A stretch of DNA of 64,000 nucleotides. It comes from Candidatus Tectimicrobiota bacterium. Lineage in GTDB: Bacteria > JACPUC01. A program made the translations under genes and the position numbers. This document shows positions 61,524 through 64,000 of the stretch, piece by piece. The notes beneath the pieces were generated by a model. That model ran no database searches, was not told the origin of the DNA, and was given only the letters and a program-made list of their open reading frames with translations. The DNA is taken from contig JACPUC010000001.1 of NCBI GenBank assembly GCA_016192455.1, positions 124,001 through 188,000 on the forward strand, given 5' to 3'. The number at the start of each line of letters is the position of its first letter. Position 1 is the stretch's first letter.

Positions 61524-61988
61524 ATGAAAGTCTACGAGATTAAGAAGCAGCACCGCGTCGAATGGTGGGAGACCGATGCCGCCGGCATCATTTTCTTCGC
61601 CAACTACTACCGCATGATGGACACGGCGATGATGGACTTCTTCGAGTCCCTGCCGGTCTCCATGCCGCTGAAGGAGTACTGGGGCGGGCAGGGCTCGCAA
61701 GGCTACGACTGGGTGATGCTCGAGTCCGGCTGCAGGTTCTTCAAGACCGCGACCTTCGGGGACGTGCTGGAGATGCACCTGTGGGTCACCCGGCAGACGA
61801 GCCGCACCGTGCGCTTCGCCTGCTCATTCTCGAAGGAGGGGGAGGAGGTGGCCCGCGGCTTCATCATCACCTGCTCGACGCAGGGGCTCGCCGGCGCCCA
61901 GCGGGCGGTGCTGCCGCCCGCCGAAGTGGCGCGCAGTATCGCCGTCGCCCCGTGGGAGAATGGCAAGGCGAGCGAAGTCGCCGCCTGA
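61524..61988 (+). CDS. 4-hydroxybenzoyl-CoA thioesterase-like (hotdog) acyl-CoA thioesterase
   Basis: VEWWETDAAGIIFFANYYRMMD motif. Confidence 0.88.
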   Translation: MKVYEIKKQHRVEWWETDAAGIIFFANYYRMMDTAMMDFFESLPVSMPLKEYWGGQGSQGYDWVMLESGCRFFKTATFGDVLEMHLWVTRQTSRTVRFACSFSKEGEEVARGFIITCSTQGLAGAQRAVLPPAEVARSIAVAPWENGKASEVAA

Positions 61989-62041
61989 ATGACGGCGCAC
62001 GGAAATAGGGTGGTATTTCACAATTTAGATCGCCTACATTT

Positions 62042-62115
62042 GCGAGGGAACCGTGTCCCCTCGCGCACCCCACATACGCGAGCTGCTGCGCAGCTCGCGG
62101 GGATTGGGGGCGTGG
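62042..62115 (+). repeat. REP-like element family A copy 3
   Basis: Near-identical to the reverse complement of 9083-9154. Confidence 0.85.
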
Positions 62116-62161
62116 GGGAGCAAGGGTCCACAAGAACTTCTTCCCGGGGGAGCGGTGTTCC

Positions 62162-62653
62162 GTGCCGTGCTTCGAGATCAGGAAGGACCATCGCGTGGAG
62201 TTCTGGGAGACCGACGCCGCCGGGGTCGTCTACTTCGCCAATTTTCATCGCCTGATGGACACGGCGATGATGGAGTTCTTCGCCTCGCTGCCGGTCTCCC
62301 TCCCCCTCAGGGAGTACTGGGGCGGTCTTGGCTCGCAAGGGTACGACTGGGTGGTCATCGACAACGGCTGCCGCTTCCTGGGCAATTGCGGCTTCGGCGA
62401 CACGCTGCGGATGCACCTCTGGGTGACGAAGAGGACGCAGCGCACCCTCCACTTCGCCTGCGCCTTCCGCAAGAACGACCGCCCCGAGGAGATCGCGCGA
62501 GGCTACCTGGTTGCCTGCTCGACGCAGCGCCGCGATGGAGCGACGCGGGCCGTGCCGCCCCTGCCGGAGGTGGCGGCGCAGATCGGCGTGGCGCCCTGGG
62601 AGGTGGGACAGGCTTCCAGCCTGTCGAGAGGCAGAACCACGGATGAACGCTGA
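62162..62653 (+). CDS. Acyl-CoA thioesterase, tandem paralog
   Basis: VEFWETDAAGVVYFANFHRLMD; shares YWGGxGSQGYDWV with the neighbouring gene. Confidence 0.85.
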   Translation: MPCFEIRKDHRVEFWETDAAGVVYFANFHRLMDTAMMEFFASLPVSLPLREYWGGLGSQGYDWVVIDNGCRFLGNCGFGDTLRMHLWVTKRTQRTLHFACAFRKNDRPEEIARGYLVACSTQRRDGATRAVPPLPEVAAQIGVAPWEVGQASSLSRGRTTDER

Positions 62654-62804
62654 TGTTCCTGTGAAACCGCCTGTCTGCGTGCGACGCACAGGCAGGTGTC
62701 CATCAGCGGTTCACGCTTCCTCCGCGCCCTCTGCGTCTCTGCGGTGCAATCCATTTGACCGCCGAAGCGCAGAGGACGCAAAGTAGACAGGCTTCCAGCC
62801 TGTC
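62603..62804. repeat. Composite repeat cluster bounded by GTRG-type REPs
   Basis: GACAGGCTTCCAGCCTGTC at 62607-62625 and 62786-62804 (with GTGG and GTAG heads); internal palindrome CCTGTCTGCGTGCGACGCACAGGCAGG at 62670-62696. Confidence 0.85.
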
Positions 62805-62973
62805 GAAACCTTGGGAGCGCGACCGGCAACCGCGACGTGCCGCGGCCGACCGCGCTCCTGGAATGCGTAGCCCGCCGCGTGCTGCGGGACTCGACGTTCG
62901 TGACACGACACGGAGGCCGCCCTCGCGCGCGGCAGCATGACCCGCGCACAGGTTGCCATCAGGAGCTAAGGCC

Positions 62974-63792
62974 ATGGGAGACATCATCGCTGGGTTTTGC
63001 GCCACCCACACGCCGCGGATCGCCGACGAAGCCAATGCGCCGGAGTTCACGCGCGAGCTGATCGCGGGCATGCACGAGCTGGGGGACCTCGTCGATACGC
63101 TGCGCCCCGATGCCATCGTCATGATCTCCACCCACTGGTTCACCACGTTCGTGCACTACGTCGCCTGCCACCCGCGGCACAAGGGCTACGTCACCGCCCT
63201 CGAGTGCCCGGACATGATCAACAGCCTCCCCTACGATTTCCCCGGCGACCCCGAACTGGGACGTCTGATGGTGAAGAAGGGGGACGAGCGGGGCGTACCG
63301 GTCTTCGTGGCGGATCAACCGAACTTCGTCTTCGACTACGGCTCGGTGGTGCCGGTGCGCTACCTGACGCCGCGCAACGACGTGCCGTTCGTCATCGTCT
63401 CATTGACCGCCGTCTGCCCGCTGGAGGAGTACTACACTTGGGGCGAAGCGGTCGCCGCGGCCATCCGCGAGCTGCGGCGGCGCGTTCTCGTGGTGACCAG
63501 CGGCAGCTTCTCCCACACCCTGGTGCGCGGCCCGGAGCGCTGGCCTCTCGAGGAACACCAGAAGCTCGACCGCGAGCTGGTGGGCCTCCTCTGCGAGGGA
63601 CGCCTCGACGAGGCGCGCGCCATGCTCCCCTGGTTTGTCGAGACCACCAGGGCCGAGGGCTGGGGCAAACATATCGCCTTCCTCCTCAGCCTCCTCGGCG
63701 CCAGCGGCCACGCCCTCAAGGGCAAACTCCACGCCTACGGCCCCTCCTCCGGCAGCGGCAACCCCGTGGTCTCCTTGCTGCCGGTGGGGTGA
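62974..63792 (+). CDS. LigB/HpaD-like (class III) extradiol ring-cleavage dioxygenase
   Basis: ATHTP, ISTHW, FPGDPELG, DYGSVVP, SGSFSH; AGGAG RBS. Confidence 0.88.
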   Translation: MGDIIAGFCATHTPRIADEANAPEFTRELIAGMHELGDLVDTLRPDAIVMISTHWFTTFVHYVACHPRHKGYVTALECPDMINSLPYDFPGDPELGRLMVKKGDERGVPVFVADQPNFVFDYGSVVPVRYLTPRNDVPFVIVSLTAVCPLEEYYTWGEAVAAAIRELRRRVLVVTSGSFSHTLVRGPERWPLEEHQKLDRELVGLLCEGRLDEARAMLPWFVETTRAEGWGKHIAFLLSLLGASGHALKGKLHAYGPSSGSGNPVVSLLPVG

Positions 63793-64000
63793 GGTTCCAG
63801 GACCAAGCGGGAAAGATGCCGAAGGGCGAGAGCAGCCTGCTCCCGCCCTTCGACGTGCCGCTGCATGCCGGCTTGAATCATGACTAAGAGGTCGTTCGAT
63901 GCGGGCGAGCCTCGCCCCCTCGCCGGTCTGCCGCCAGGCAGGCGCAGCCATTCCGCGCAAGCCGCGGCGCGACGAATCCGGCGTGCTCCACGCCGTGACC

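Overview
A GC-rich (roughly 65-70% by eye) chromosomal segment from a diderm bacterium. It is mostly housekeeping, envelope and catabolic genes: purE (partial), a fapA-motA-motB-pilZ stator cluster, clpC, ligA, two radical SAM genes, CoA-transferase, acyl-CoA dehydrogenase and ligase, AsmA, a prenyl synthase, a ppx/methyltransferase/glycosyltransferase/ydcF cluster, NitT/TauT ABC parts, two UbiD-family genes, tandem thioesterases and an extradiol dioxygenase. Several features are missed or broken by the ORF track. (1) There are two probable selenoprotein genes: a 75-aa UXX-star glutaredoxin-like gene with two in-frame TGA codons (12788-13015), and a two-domain AhpD-like peroxidase with a CxxU motif (40011-41258). 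SECIS-like hairpins follow the TGAs. (2) A hicA toxin gene is frameshifted by a 61-bp repeat-spacer-repeat insertion that resembles an ectopic type I-E CRISPR spacer integration. (3) A low-GC orphan P-loop ATPase sits between two attC sites as an integron cassette, with no integrase in the window. (4) There is a low-GC Panacea antitoxin plus candidate toxin islet. (5) A ~300-nt pseudoknotted RNA candidate lies upstream of the thioesterases. (6) Several REP-like repeat families are dispersed in intergenic DNA. All calls are from motif recognition by eye; no searches were run.
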